This document shows, piece by piece, positions 27,763 through 37,529 of a stretch of DNA of 64,000 nucleotides. The translations under genes and the position numbers were made by a program. Each line of letters opens with the position of its first letter. The stretch's first letter is position 1. The DNA comes from Clostridiales bacterium. GTDB taxonomy: Bacteria; Bacillota; Clostridia; Oscillospirales; CAG-272. Under the pieces are notes generated by a model. That model was given only the letters and a program-made list of their open reading frames with translations. It was not told the DNA's origin and did not search any database. The stretch spans positions 3,829 to 67,828 of the forward strand of contig JAAYLD010000044.1 of the NCBI GenBank assembly GCA_012522015.1, given 5' to 3'.

Positions 27763-28899
27763 ATGGGAAATAGAGAAGTGAAGAGTTTTATCTTCATATG
27801 TGTTTTTGTTTTAATTTTATCGGCAATCAGCATAATTGCATATATAAACATAAGGGATGCGTGGATGGTAAAAGCTGTTTATGCCGGCACAGAAGACGCG
27901 CAAAGATTTTATGAAAGATTAAGCACTATGACGGAGGAGGATTTTTACCGCGCGCTAAATAAAATAAATACGAGGTGCGATGCAGGACGGGGAGACAACA
28001 TTTATTTAGCTTCGCTTGCACTGCATAATAGGTTTAATCTTCTTGACGCAGAAAAAATCATGGCGCAGATAAATAATAAAGAAAATAACTCGGACTACCG
28101 TATTCAAATGATAGCGGTGGCAGGCAAATTTTTCACATATGAGGAATATTCGGCTCTTTATTCGATTATCAGCGATACAACTGATAATGATGGTGTGAGG
28201 GGAGCCGTTCTTACGTGGTTTCCGGAAGTAAAAAACGACGAGCTTTCGCTTCTTATTTCATATGCTAAAGATAAAAACGAAAGCGAAATATTAAAGTGCC
28301 GCGCTATGATAAAACTGTACAGTGCAAATGCTGATTTGTGGGCTGATACGTTATCTGATATAATCGATAGCTACGATGCAGCAAAAAAAGACGCCCTGAA
28401 AACAGCGCTTCAGAATCTTTCATACAACTATTATCTTGACAATAAGAGGTTTTTGAAAAACGGCTCATACGAGCCGACAAATGACCAGACGGAATATATT
28501 GAGTTTATAAAATATGTATATAGTACTGATTTTCTAAGCCTTACCGACACTGCTTTTAGGTGCCTTGCCGACATAATAAGCCCGGTGACGGCTGAATATC
28601 TTTTAATAGATATAAAGGAAGAGCTGACAGACGAACAGATAGCATATGTGGCGGAGAAAAACTATTTGCCTATAACATACATTGCGAAAAACACCTCTGA
28701 TATTGAAAGCACGGCAGGGCTGCTCTGCCTTGCGGCAAAACATAAGCCATATTATGACTTCATAGAACTGATAAATGAGTTTCGGCAAAAAAACGCATTA
28801 TCTCTTAACAAAGACACACTTTCGCTCATAGACGAAACAGTTGCTTTCATTGAAGAAGCCAACAAAGAGACAAAGATTCAGTATGAAAGCGAAAATTAA
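27763..28899 (+). CDS. Hypothetical membrane-anchored helical-repeat protein (AT-rich orphan)
   Basis: RBS AAGGGAGGG. One N-terminal TM helix (FIFICVFVLILSAISIIAYI). The rest is helical and rich in Asn, Lys and Tyr. Composition is visibly more AT-rich than the flanking genes. Confidence 0.5.
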   Translation: MGNREVKSFIFICVFVLILSAISIIAYINIRDAWMVKAVYAGTEDAQRFYERLSTMTEEDFYRALNKINTRCDAGRGDNIYLASLALHNRFNLLDAEKIMAQINNKENNSDYRIQMIAVAGKFFTYEEYSALYSIISDTTDNDGVRGAVLTWFPEVKNDELSLLISYAKDKNESEILKCRAMIKLYSANADLWADTLSDIIDSYDAAKKDALKTALQNLSYNYYLDNKRFLKNGSYEPTNDQTEYIEFIKYVYSTDFLSLTDTAFRCLADIISPVTAEYLLIDIKEELTDEQIAYVAEKNYLPITYIAKNTSDIESTAGLLCLAAKHKPYYDFIELINEFRQKNALSLNKDTLSLIDETVAFIEEANKETKIQYESEN

Positions 28900-29002
28900 A
28901 GCAAAATATAATTAAGGCGATATATAAACATAAAGTAAAGACTCATCGCTTGCCAAAGAAAGCGGTTTTTGCGGTATTCGGTGAGATTTTTGGTGAGGTA
29001 TT

Positions 29003-31747
29003 ATGGCAGTTCGGTTTCAAGAGAGGAGTATTGTAAGTCTTACCGGCATATGGACAGTATCAATTCCCAGCCATGGTGATGTGCCTATCCGGTTGCCGGG
29101 GACGCTTGATGAAGGCGGCATCGGCACACCTGAGCCGGGCGGGATTTCGACATCGCGCTTATCGCGGCGCTTCACATATGAAGGGAAGGCTGTTTTCTCT
29201 CGCACAGTAAAGGCGGATGTTCTTCGCCGCCTCACAGATGGCGGACAGCGCGTTTTTCTCGACATTGAGCGCAGCCGTAAGCTTACTCTTAATGCCGGCG
29301 GGGCCGATGTGACGCCGTACATTGAGGGGACGCTATCAACGCCGTATACCTTTGAAATTACTGACGCTGTAAAAAAGGCAGCGATAAGTGGTGATGACCT
29401 TTTACTGTCACTTTGTTGCGATAATTCATACAACGGCTGGCCGCGCGAGGCGATTCTTTCGTCGTCAGCTGCAACGGATGAAACACAGACGAACTGGTGC
29501 GGGCTCCTCGGTTACATACGATTGCGTAGCGAGGATAAAAACTTCATCTCTGCCGTCCGTGTATACCCGCGCTGTGGCGCCACGAAAGTTGATGTCGAGT
29601 TAGAGCTTGAATGTGCTGAAGAATACGAGGGAACACTTACTGTTTCGTGCCCTTTATTCATGCAAGATGAGAAAAAGGATGTCCGACTGGCGGTGGGACG
29701 TCACCTGCTGCGCTTTGACTGCATACCGGTGTCGGATATGGCGGCGAGGTGGGATGAATACGAGGGCAATCTTCACACGCTTTTCGCTTCTGGCAGCGGA
29801 CTTTGTGGCGTCAGCGCAACGTTTGGCCTGCGCGATTTTTGCTCATCTGACGGAAAGCTCATGCTCAACGGGCGCGCTGTTTTCCTTCGTGGGGAGACAA
29901 ACTGCTGCGTTTTCCCCGAGACGGGATATATGCCAATGACAGTCGATGAATGGAAAGCTGTTCTCTCGAAATATATATCATACGGGGTAAACAGCGTTCG
30001 TTTCCACTCGCACTGCCCGCCGGACGCGGCATTTACAGCGGCCGACGAGCTTGGCGTGATGCTGGCGCCGGAGCTTTCATGCTGGATGAAGCGAGGTGCC
30101 TTTGAGGACGATGAAAGCTTTGGTTATTATATGCTTGAGCTTAAAAGTATCCTTGCAGCATACGCCAACCATCCATCATTTGTCATGCTTTCCCTCGGGA
30201 ATGAGCTTTGCGCAGGGGCTCTCGGGCATAAGCGCATGGATATTCTTCTTGACACAGCAAAAAAAGTTGACCCGACGCGGCTTTACGCGTGCGGCTCAAA
30301 CTTCCATTACGGACGCGCAGGGACTGATCCCAAAAGCGATTTTTATACAGCATGCAGCTGGCGGTTGCTACACCTCCGTGCGACATCGTCAAACATGGAA
30401 GGGCACCTAAATGAAAAATACCCGTCCGCGAAAACTGATTATGACGCGGCAATGACAGCGCTTCGCACCGAATATTCAGGGCCTGTCATCGGTTTTGAAG
30501 TCGGACAGTATGAAATTTTGTCGGATTTTGATGAGTGGGAAGAACACAAGGGTGTAACAATCGCCAGCAATATTAACGCTGCTCGCGAAAGGGTAGAAAA
30601 AGCGGGGTTTTTGCCGGGGTGGAAAAAGAGGGTAGAAGCGTCAGGTGAGCTTTCGCTTTTATGCTACCGCGAGGAGGTAGAAGCTGCGCTTCGCACAGAG
30701 GGAATGTCAGGGCTGTTTTTGCTCGGACTTCAGGATTTTCCGGGGCAAGGAACGGCTCTTGTCGGCATGATAAATTCGCATATGAACGAAAAACCGTTTG
30801 ATTTCGCACGTCTCGAACGCTTCCGCAGCTTTTTTACGGACTTTTTACCGCTCGTACTGATTGAAAAGTACACTTATACGGATGGTGAGACATTATCAGC
30901 CGAGGTAAAGGTCGCAAACTACGGAAAGAGCGATATTGAAGGGGATTGCATAGTAACAATAGAGAAGAACAGCTCTAATGCGCAAAGCAAAAACGGCGAA
31001 CATACGGAAGCTATTGTAAAATTGCCGTGTACTTCATTCCCGCAGGGGAAGCTGACGAGCGCCGGATTCATAGACTTTAAGCTTAACTGTGGTGGCGAGC
31101 CTTTATCACTTGTGATTAAAGCTGCTGTTGTGGAAAGCGGCAAAGCAAGTGGTGATAGTAAACGAACAATAGAAAATGCGTACCGCATTTGGGTCTATCC
31201 GCGCGAGAGGGGAGTTGATACAGGCGATGTAATCATTGCACGCAGTCTCAGAGAGGCTATAACGGCACTTGAGGCGGGCAAAAAGGTGTTTTTATCGCCA
31301 CCTGCGACGGAAGAAGCCATACCCGGCTCAATAAAAGCGCAATTTTCGACGAATTTCTGGTGTGTGGGGACATTTCCCGGGCAATCCGGTTTTATGGGCT
31401 TAATGATGGATCCGAAACATCCTGCCTTCACTTATTTCCCGACGGAACCCCACACAAATTATCAGTGGTGGCCGATGACAAACGGACGCGCAATCCTCTT
31501 ACCGCCGCACATAGAGCCGATTGTATATGCTCTTGATTCGATTGCACATATGCGGCACATGGGAATGCTTTTTGAAGCGAACGTTTGTGGCGGGACACTT
31601 ATGGCAAGCGGCATGGGGCTTTTTGAAAACTTTTGTTATCCGGAGGCTAGGGCTCTTTATTCAAGCATAATGTCATATATGAACTCCCAAGCTTTCGCAC
31701 CAAAAAAGAGCCTGACAAAAGAAGAGCTTGCCGCAATGTTCCGATGA
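29003..31747 (+). CDS. Glycoside hydrolase family 2-like protein (sugar-binding, Ig-like and TIM-barrel domains)
   Basis: 914 aa. GH2-type N-terminal sugar-binding region, LRGETNCCVFPETG, a TIM-barrel segment VNSVRFHSHCPP and SLGNEL (acid/base NE). Substrate unknown. Confidence 0.6.
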   Translation: MAVRFQERSIVSLTGIWTVSIPSHGDVPIRLPGTLDEGGIGTPEPGGISTSRLSRRFTYEGKAVFSRTVKADVLRRLTDGGQRVFLDIERSRKLTLNAGGADVTPYIEGTLSTPYTFEITDAVKKAAISGDDLLLSLCCDNSYNGWPREAILSSSAATDETQTNWCGLLGYIRLRSEDKNFISAVRVYPRCGATKVDVELELECAEEYEGTLTVSCPLFMQDEKKDVRLAVGRHLLRFDCIPVSDMAARWDEYEGNLHTLFASGSGLCGVSATFGLRDFCSSDGKLMLNGRAVFLRGETNCCVFPETGYMPMTVDEWKAVLSKYISYGVNSVRFHSHCPPDAAFTAADELGVMLAPELSCWMKRGAFEDDESFGYYMLELKSILAAYANHPSFVMLSLGNELCAGALGHKRMDILLDTAKKVDPTRLYACGSNFHYGRAGTDPKSDFYTACSWRLLHLRATSSNMEGHLNEKYPSAKTDYDAAMTALRTEYSGPVIGFEVGQYEILSDFDEWEEHKGVTIASNINAARERVEKAGFLPGWKKRVEASGELSLLCYREEVEAALRTEGMSGLFLLGLQDFPGQGTALVGMINSHMNEKPFDFARLERFRSFFTDFLPLVLIEKYTYTDGETLSAEVKVANYGKSDIEGDCIVTIEKNSSNAQSKNGEHTEAIVKLPCTSFPQGKLTSAGFIDFKLNCGGEPLSLVIKAAVVESGKASGDSKRTIENAYRIWVYPRERGVDTGDVIIARSLREAITALEAGKKVFLSPPATEEAIPGSIKAQFSTNFWCVGTFPGQSGFMGLMMDPKHPAFTYFPTEPHTNYQWWPMTNGRAILLPPHIEPIVYALDSIAHMRHMGMLFEANVCGGTLMASGMGLFENFCYPEARALYSSIMSYMNSQAFAPKKSLTKEELAAMFR

Positions 31748-31772
31748 ACTAATGAACTAATATAAAAACATA

Positions 31773-31800
31773 GCGCCCGAAGGATATATCCTTCGGGCGC
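31773..31800. terminator. Bidirectional terminator between the GH2-like gene and kdgK
   Basis: GCGCCCGAAGGA / TCCTTCGGGCGC perfect 12-bp stem. Confidence 0.75.
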
Positions 31801-31823
31801 AGAACATATTATTGCATTTTTTA

Positions 31824-32849
31824 TTATCTTGAAACTCGTCCGCTTCCGTCTCCCGCAACAAGAGCGAGGACTTCTTTTTTTGTTACGCGATTAAAATCTC
31901 CCTCAATTGTATGCTTGAGAGCGCTTGCCGCAACAGCAAATTCAAGCGCGTCCTTTGAATCGTAGCCATCAAGGATAGCATATATAAGTGCCCCTGTAAA
32001 GCTGTCGCCGCCGCCGATGCGGTCAATGACGGTAATGGAGTATTTTTTAGAGCGGAACATCTCGCCGCCGGTATAAAGAACTGCAGACCAGTTGTTTTGG
32101 CTTGCGCTGATGCTTTCGCGCAGTGTAATAGCAACAGCCAAAAACTCAAAGCGTTCGGTCAGCTCACGGCACACATAGCTGTAGCCTTCCTCTGACAACT
32201 CACCGGTGATGACATTCGTATCCGGGGCTTTGATGCCGAATACTTTTTCCGCATCCTCTTCATTTCCAATGCAAATATCGACATACTGCATAAGCCCGCT
32301 CATTACGACACAAGCACGTTCGGGCGACCACAGCTTTTTTCTGTAGTTTATGTCACACGAAACAGTCAAGCCTTTTTCTTTGGCTTTTTTACAAGCGATA
32401 AGGCAAATCTTGGCGCACGAATCTGACAGTGCCGGTGTTATGCCTGTGAAGTGGAACCAGTCAGCCCCGTCAAATATTACATCCCAGTCAAAATCATCAG
32501 GTGTTGCTTCTGCGATTGCCGAATGAGCACGGTCATATATGACATTTGAGGCTCGCTGTGAAGCGCCGCGCTCGACAAAATATATGCCCATGCGATCGCC
32601 GCCACGTATGATGCGGGAGATGTCAACGCCAAGCCCGCGCAGCTCGGCAATGCAGGCATCAGCAATGGGGTTGTCGGGCAGCTTTGTGACAAAGGTAGAT
32701 TTAAGCCCATAATTTGCGGCTGATACGGCGACATTTGCTTCTCCCCCGCCATAAACGGCGTCATATGAGCGTGCTTGGGAAATGCGTGCGTAGCCAGAGG
32801 GCTGCAGCCGTAGCATAATTTCACCAAATGTAACGATTCTCTTTGCCAT
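31824..32849 (-). CDS. kdgK: 2-dehydro-3-deoxygluconokinase (PfkB family)
   Basis: IVTFGEIMLRLQP, GGGEANVAVSAANYG, DINYRKKLW and GGGDSFTGALIY match KdgK-type ribokinase-fold kinases. Start taken at MAKRIV. Confidence 0.85.
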   Translation of the reverse strand: MAKRIVTFGEIMLRLQPSGYARISQARSYDAVYGGGEANVAVSAANYGLKSTFVTKLPDNPIADACIAELRGLGVDISRIIRGGDRMGIYFVERGASQRASNVIYDRAHSAIAEATPDDFDWDVIFDGADWFHFTGITPALSDSCAKICLIACKKAKEKGLTVSCDINYRKKLWSPERACVVMSGLMQYVDICIGNEEDAEKVFGIKAPDTNVITGELSEEGYSYVCRELTERFEFLAVAITLRESISASQNNWSAVLYTGGEMFRSKKYSITVIDRIGGGDSFTGALIYAILDGYDSKDALEFAVAASALKHTIEGDFNRVTKKEVLALVAGDGSGRVSR

Positions 32850-32991
32850 TACTAAATGCTCCATTATCTAAGTATATATAATCAAAGCTATCTATAATTA
32901 TAACATAACTGAAGTATAAAAGCACAAAAAGACATCATACAGTCATATGTCACCTAATAATTTTTCCCTTTTGAGATGGCCGCTTCAGCAT

Positions 32992-33025
32992 AAAAGCCCC
33001 GGGATATTCTGTCTCGGGGCTTTTG
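32992..33025. terminator. Intrinsic terminator
   Basis: AAAGCCCCG / CGGGGCTTT stem with flanking A and T runs. Confidence 0.7.
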
Positions 33026-33078
33026 CTATGCAATTATGTGAAGTGGGGGACAATAGTGCATAAATATAAATCCGAATA

Positions 33079-33615
33079 TTACAGCTCTATAACCATAATT
33101 TCTTTACCGTCTAAGAAATCACGTCCTTTTTCGGTTAGGATGTAAAATCCGTCTCCCTGCGGCTTAAGATAGCCATTTTCGGTCATCATGCCAATTAGGA
33201 GCAGCACTTCATCTTTGCTGCTGGCATAACATAAGGCAGGCTGCTCGCCGTGGTAAAGGTTTACGGGTTCACCTGTGCGCCCCATGCGTCTCTCAACATA
33301 TTGTAGAAGTTTCATTGCTTTTTCATCGAAAGTCTTTGGAACTAATTCATCGTTTAAAATAGAGACCCATAATGTGCTGGTAAGGCACTTGCTGTGATGC
33401 CCTATCTCATTCATTTCACGAATATATCCGGAAATGACAGCGGCATGACGGCGAACTTCCTCAAGAGCTTGCGGTTTTTTATGGTAAAACTTATATGAAA
33501 CGTAGAAATTACCGCAGTTTGGGCATTTGTAAAAACAATGATGATATAGGTTGCTTCTGTCTATTAAAGTCCCGGCGGCGCTGCCGCATATGATACATTT
33601 TTCTGTATCAGACAT
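33079..33615 (-). CDS. Hypothetical zinc-ribbon protein with a probable C-terminal winged-helix domain
   Basis: CIICGS...YKCPNCGNFY (CxxC...CxxC) at the N-terminus. The C-terminus LLIGMMTENGYLKPQGDGFYILTEKGRDFL is wHTH-like. Monocistronic. Confidence 0.45.
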   Translation of the reverse strand: MSDTEKCIICGSAAGTLIDRSNLYHHCFYKCPNCGNFYVSYKFYHKKPQALEEVRRHAAVISGYIREMNEIGHHSKCLTSTLWVSILNDELVPKTFDEKAMKLLQYVERRMGRTGEPVNLYHGEQPALCYASSKDEVLLLIGMMTENGYLKPQGDGFYILTEKGRDFLDGKEIMVIEL

Positions 33616-33813
33616 CGTCTTGCCATCCTCCGCAAACAGTTTATTCACACTTCTGCTTAGTTTTATAATTACTATAGCACAAGAGCGCTGTTAAATCAAT
33701 ACTAATAAGTAATATAATAGAACTAATACTATTAATTGGCTGACCGGAGGTGAGCGGGGCAAATAATTGTTAGCTCAACTGATGTCTTACATCTTTGCGT
33801 AAATCTTTATATA

Positions 33814-34149
33814 TTACAGTCTGTCGCAGGCAGCGGTTAGTTTTATCAGTAAATTGATATCATCTGGTTGAACGTTAGCCTTGTGAGCTGCACGGCAGCG
33901 GCTGATGGCGCCGCATTTTTCGCATTTATGGACTATTATAAACCCTCGCCGCGCGTCAGTTTCGGCGCGTATGGGGCGCATGAGCCCGCCGCAATCGCTT
34001 GCTCTGTCACCAGGGTTGACATCAAGATGAAGAGACCATAGGCATTTTGGACAATGGTTGCGGGATGTATAACCAAGCGGTTTTACTTCAAAGCCGCAGT
34101 ATTTACAAATAAATCCTTCGTCATTTTTACGGAATCTTTTTTCTTCCAA
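33814..34149 (-). CDS. RNHCP domain-containing zinc-ribbon protein
   Basis: Literal RNHCPKCLWSLH motif plus CKYCGF and HKCEKCG. Confidence 0.75.
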   Translation of the reverse strand: MEEKRFRKNDEGFICKYCGFEVKPLGYTSRNHCPKCLWSLHLDVNPGDRASDCGGLMRPIRAETDARRGFIIVHKCEKCGAISRCRAAHKANVQPDDINLLIKLTAACDRL

Positions 34150-34364
34150 AATGCCTAAACCTCCTAAAAGTAAACATAGTGTGAATAATTATATTTTATT
34201 CGTGTAAAAATACTACTGAACAAAGGTACAAAGCAATTATCGCCAAGCGATTATTATCATCAAGCGATACTCTTGCCTGATGAAATATAATTATATACCA
34301 TTTTCAAGGAAAGGACAATCTTCGCCGCCACTTGGCAGCGAAGCGAATAGAAAGATAATATATT

Positions 34365-34799
34365 ATGTTTACACGGAAGTATAAGCCAATTATAGCCGCT
34401 GTATTGACAGTTGCTTTTGTTATTGTTTTAGGGGTAGCAGTTATTGCAGTAACTGATTACGGAACCCGTAGCGGGATAACGACTGACATGTATAACGGTG
34501 GCACAGTTACCGGAAATCAAAACTCCCCCGCAGCCGGCGGAAATAATGAAACAACAGACGGTATGGCAGGCGGCACGACTGGTGGCGTGGCAGGTGATAC
34601 CAGAGCAAATATGGGCAACGAACAGACATATGACAACACAAATAACTATGCAAACGGAACAAACAACGGAGAAGTGCTTGGTGTTCAGGATACCGACAGA
34701 AGCATGACAGTAGCGGGAATTGTCATATCCGTACTAATAGCCGTTGCAGTTATAGTCCTCGTTGTTGCTCTCATACCGAAAAGCGCAAACCGCACATGA
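34365..34799 (+). CDS. Hypothetical bitopic membrane protein with a Gly/Asn/Thr-rich low-complexity ectodomain
   Basis: TM helices at both ends (IIAAVLTVAFVIVLGVAVIAV and VAGIVISVLIAVAVIVLVVALI). The central region is GGNNETTDGMAGGTTGG-type. Confidence 0.5.
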   Translation: MFTRKYKPIIAAVLTVAFVIVLGVAVIAVTDYGTRSGITTDMYNGGTVTGNQNSPAAGGNNETTDGMAGGTTGGVAGDTRANMGNEQTYDNTNNYANGTNNGEVLGVQDTDRSMTVAGIVISVLIAVAVIVLVVALIPKSANRT

Positions 34800-34831
34800 C
34801 GTGGGTGCTTATAAAACATAAGCAAAAAGTA

Positions 34832-34862
34832 AAAAGTCAAGCTATCAAATAGCTTGACTTTT
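34832..34862. terminator. Bidirectional terminator (shared-stem family copy 3)
   Basis: AAAAGTCAAGCTAT-caa-ATAGCTTGACTTTT between convergent genes. Confidence 0.75.
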
Positions 34863-34876
34863 ATTATGAGTAAAAT

Positions 34877-35902
34877 TTAGGTTTGTGTATCGCATGCGGG
34901 TTCGTCGGATATTGGCTTGCCATCCTCTGTATAATACGGGTCTATCATTATTTCCTTAATCTTCGGATAAGCTGTGTACACATTGATTGCCATAAGCGTC
35001 GCCGGAACAATAACGAACGGCAAGATGATGCCTATTGGGAAATATATTGCCAGGGCGCAGTAATTGAAGGCAAAGACGAAAATATAACCAACTAAGGCAA
35101 CGATATTCCGCTTGATACCGAGGATAGCGAAAATAAGGGAGTTCTTTATGATTTTCTTTATCTTAAGGTCAAATGTAACTAACATGAGGTACGCATAAAA
35201 GCGCATGAAGATGAATACGACAAGCATTAAAAGACTTAAATAGAAGAAAATATACATCATTACGGAATTAAGACTATTCCAGAAGAAGATGACGTCGTAT
35301 ATAAGAAGGAAAAGACCGAGGATATCTATTATTCCGAGCGAGATCGCCTGTTTGAGGTTCTTCTTAATTGTCTGGAAGAAATCACTCATGAAGAATACAG
35401 GCTCACCGCGAAGCATATTGCGCAAAAGGTACGTTATCCCGACATTGACCGGTCCGAATGTAAAGATAACAAGGTACGTCAGGTAGTGAAGGACGAGTGT
35501 TCCGACAGTGTTTACCACAATCGGAATTTGCTTGCCGTATATGCCATAAAGAGCGGATATTACGGGCGAGGGATTAATTTGATAAGCACCAAATAGTGGT
35601 GCGAACAACCACTCATCTGGCATTGTTGATTTAATACCAAAGTATCCGGCACGTGAGAATAAGAAAAAGAAGATAGGGAAGTTGCCGAACACAAGAAGTA
35701 AGTTTATTGAAAGAAGCTCACGGAACTTTCGGAAGTAAAATACGAAGAAATTCCCAAAGTTCGGGTTTTTAAGTATAGGCTCTTCATTGGGGTCGACGCC
35801 CGGCCCGTCTTTACGGCCGAAACCAAAGAAGCTAAAGCGCCGTTTTTTCTCGTTATCATTGTTACTACTGCGATTTGTTCGTTTTTTTCTTTCGTCACCC
35901 AT
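34877..35902 (-). CDS. Polytopic membrane protein (possibly DUF624/YesL-like)
   Basis: Basic N-terminal tail followed by at least 6 TM helices. Family assignment is tentative. Confidence 0.45.
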   Translation of the reverse strand: MGDERKKRTNRSSNNDNEKKRRFSFFGFGRKDGPGVDPNEEPILKNPNFGNFFVFYFRKFRELLSINLLLVFGNFPIFFFLFSRAGYFGIKSTMPDEWLFAPLFGAYQINPSPVISALYGIYGKQIPIVVNTVGTLVLHYLTYLVIFTFGPVNVGITYLLRNMLRGEPVFFMSDFFQTIKKNLKQAISLGIIDILGLFLLIYDVIFFWNSLNSVMMYIFFYLSLLMLVVFIFMRFYAYLMLVTFDLKIKKIIKNSLIFAILGIKRNIVALVGYIFVFAFNYCALAIYFPIGIILPFVIVPATLMAINVYTAYPKIKEIMIDPYYTEDGKPISDEPACDTQT

Positions 35903-35975
35903 TAATTTAAACGTCCTTTCGGGGCATATGCAAGCTATATGTAATTATTATATCTAATTTTCTTTAAAAATTAAG

Positions 35976-36884
35976 TTATTTGGTCGTGGAAATAAACGCA
36001 ACAGCGTATGCGGCAGCGTGAACGATGGCAGCACCGCCGCAGAACATAAGACACCGCAGGGCAAGAACATAAAGTGATGTGGCGTGTGATTTCATCTTCG
36101 GCGTATGTGCCTTTGCCTCAATAAAACTGTCCGCACGCATAACAGCGCCGGTTGCCGCAGCAACGAGCATTGCGGACGTGACGGTAGCGGCGGTTGCAAA
36201 TGCGGCAAGAACTACATCCTGCGATGCCGAATACGATAAGGCGCAGCCGGCTGACACACCGCGTATGAAAAGGAGGGAACAGCATACATACCGCGACATG
36301 TATGTTACCGACGATAAAAAGATAAAAGCAATCAGCAGTATTTCAGGCAAAGCTGCCATACACAAAGCACGAAAGAAAGATATGATGGAGTCAAACCTTA
36401 CGGAGTAAAACGATGCAATAAACGCATCAAGCCGCCCGCCGGCGATGGCGGCAAAATCAGCTATAAGTTTACTGTCGACTTTTGATAAAGCGGCGCCTGT
36501 TGCAGCACCTACGATTAAAACAGCTGAAAACAAAAGCCCGAGTAAAGCCTCGCTGTGGCGTGGCTGTTCCTTTATTGAAACACCCGCTTCAATTTTATTT
36601 TTAGCTGTTTCTGTTTCATTCGGCGATATAACCTCTGCTGCCGATTCATTCTCAGATGAGCTGACAGCGTTTTTTGCCGCTTGCGCATCATCTTGCGACG
36701 CCGTCACAAGTGTCGGTGCCGATGACTCCGATAGTATGTCATCAGGCGCCGGTAAGTCGCCCGGGATAGGACTGTGGCATGATATATCCGTTATTTTTAT
36801 CGCAGGCGTCAAATGCGATGTCTCGCCCGGTGTTGACGTGTCTTTTGTGATAGCATTATTATTAATTTCCAATTCGATTCCCAT
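35976..36884 (-). CDS. Hypothetical membrane protein with a disordered N-terminal region
   Basis: N-terminal 110 aa are Ser/Ala/Glu/Pro-rich. The C-terminal half has about 5 TM helices. Confidence 0.4.
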   Translation of the reverse strand: MGIELEINNNAITKDTSTPGETSHLTPAIKITDISCHSPIPGDLPAPDDILSESSAPTLVTASQDDAQAAKNAVSSSENESAAEVISPNETETAKNKIEAGVSIKEQPRHSEALLGLLFSAVLIVGAATGAALSKVDSKLIADFAAIAGGRLDAFIASFYSVRFDSIISFFRALCMAALPEILLIAFIFLSSVTYMSRYVCCSLLFIRGVSAGCALSYSASQDVVLAAFATAATVTSAMLVAAATGAVMRADSFIEAKAHTPKMKSHATSLYVLALRCLMFCGGAAIVHAAAYAVAFISTTK

Positions 36885-37235
36885 TTTCTGCCCCGCATTT
36901 TTAATTTAATTGAAGCAGTGCGAATGAAAAATACATACGTATGCTTCCGTTACATTTTACGGTCGTGTGGGGTGGAATATGAGAGCGCGGCTTTATTAGT
37001 GCCCGATATACTTATAATATCATATATCGCGCATTACCGCAATAAAATGAGAAATCATACAGACAACAGTAAAGAATCCCCGAAGAGAAACAGCATATCC
37101 CACAAGTTAAAAATTTGTTTTGCTAATAACAGCGATTGCTTGAAAAATGTGTTTATATGTGATATTATAAAAAATCAAATGTCAAAGAATTATATAATAT
37201 TTCAATTATAGCAAGAGAGCAGGGGGTACATAAAC

Positions 37236-37505
37236 ATGAGAGCTGTCATAACGGTTGTCGGTCGCGACAGTATAGGTATAATAGCAAGCGTGGCATCGGA
37301 ATGCGCTAAATACAGCGTGAACATAAGCGATATAACACAGTCGGTACTTGATGAGTATTTTGTTATGATTATGATTGTCGATATATTGCGTATGACGATA
37401 GATTTTACAAGCTTTGTCGACGCTATGGAGCGTGTAGGCAATGAGCGCTCAGTAAAAATACACGTTATGCACGAGGATATATTCAACTCGATGCATGAGA
37501 TCTAA
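37236..37505 (+). CDS. ACT domain protein (UPF0237 family)
   Basis: MRAVITVVGRDSIGIIASVA is typical of the small ACT protein that is always paired with UPF0210. Confidence 0.8.
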   Translation: MRAVITVVGRDSIGIIASVASECAKYSVNISDITQSVLDEYFVMIMIVDILRMTIDFTSFVDAMERVGNERSVKIHVMHEDIFNSMHEI

Positions 37506-37529
37506 TTGCAGAGAGTAACCGGAGGGAAT

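Noticed and set aside
36918-37211. 97-aa AT-rich ORF upstream of the ACT-domain gene.
   Set aside because: It has low-complexity AT-driven codons, no RBS, and contains the TTGAAA-17-TATTAT promoter of the ACT/UPF0210 operon. It is treated as non-coding.
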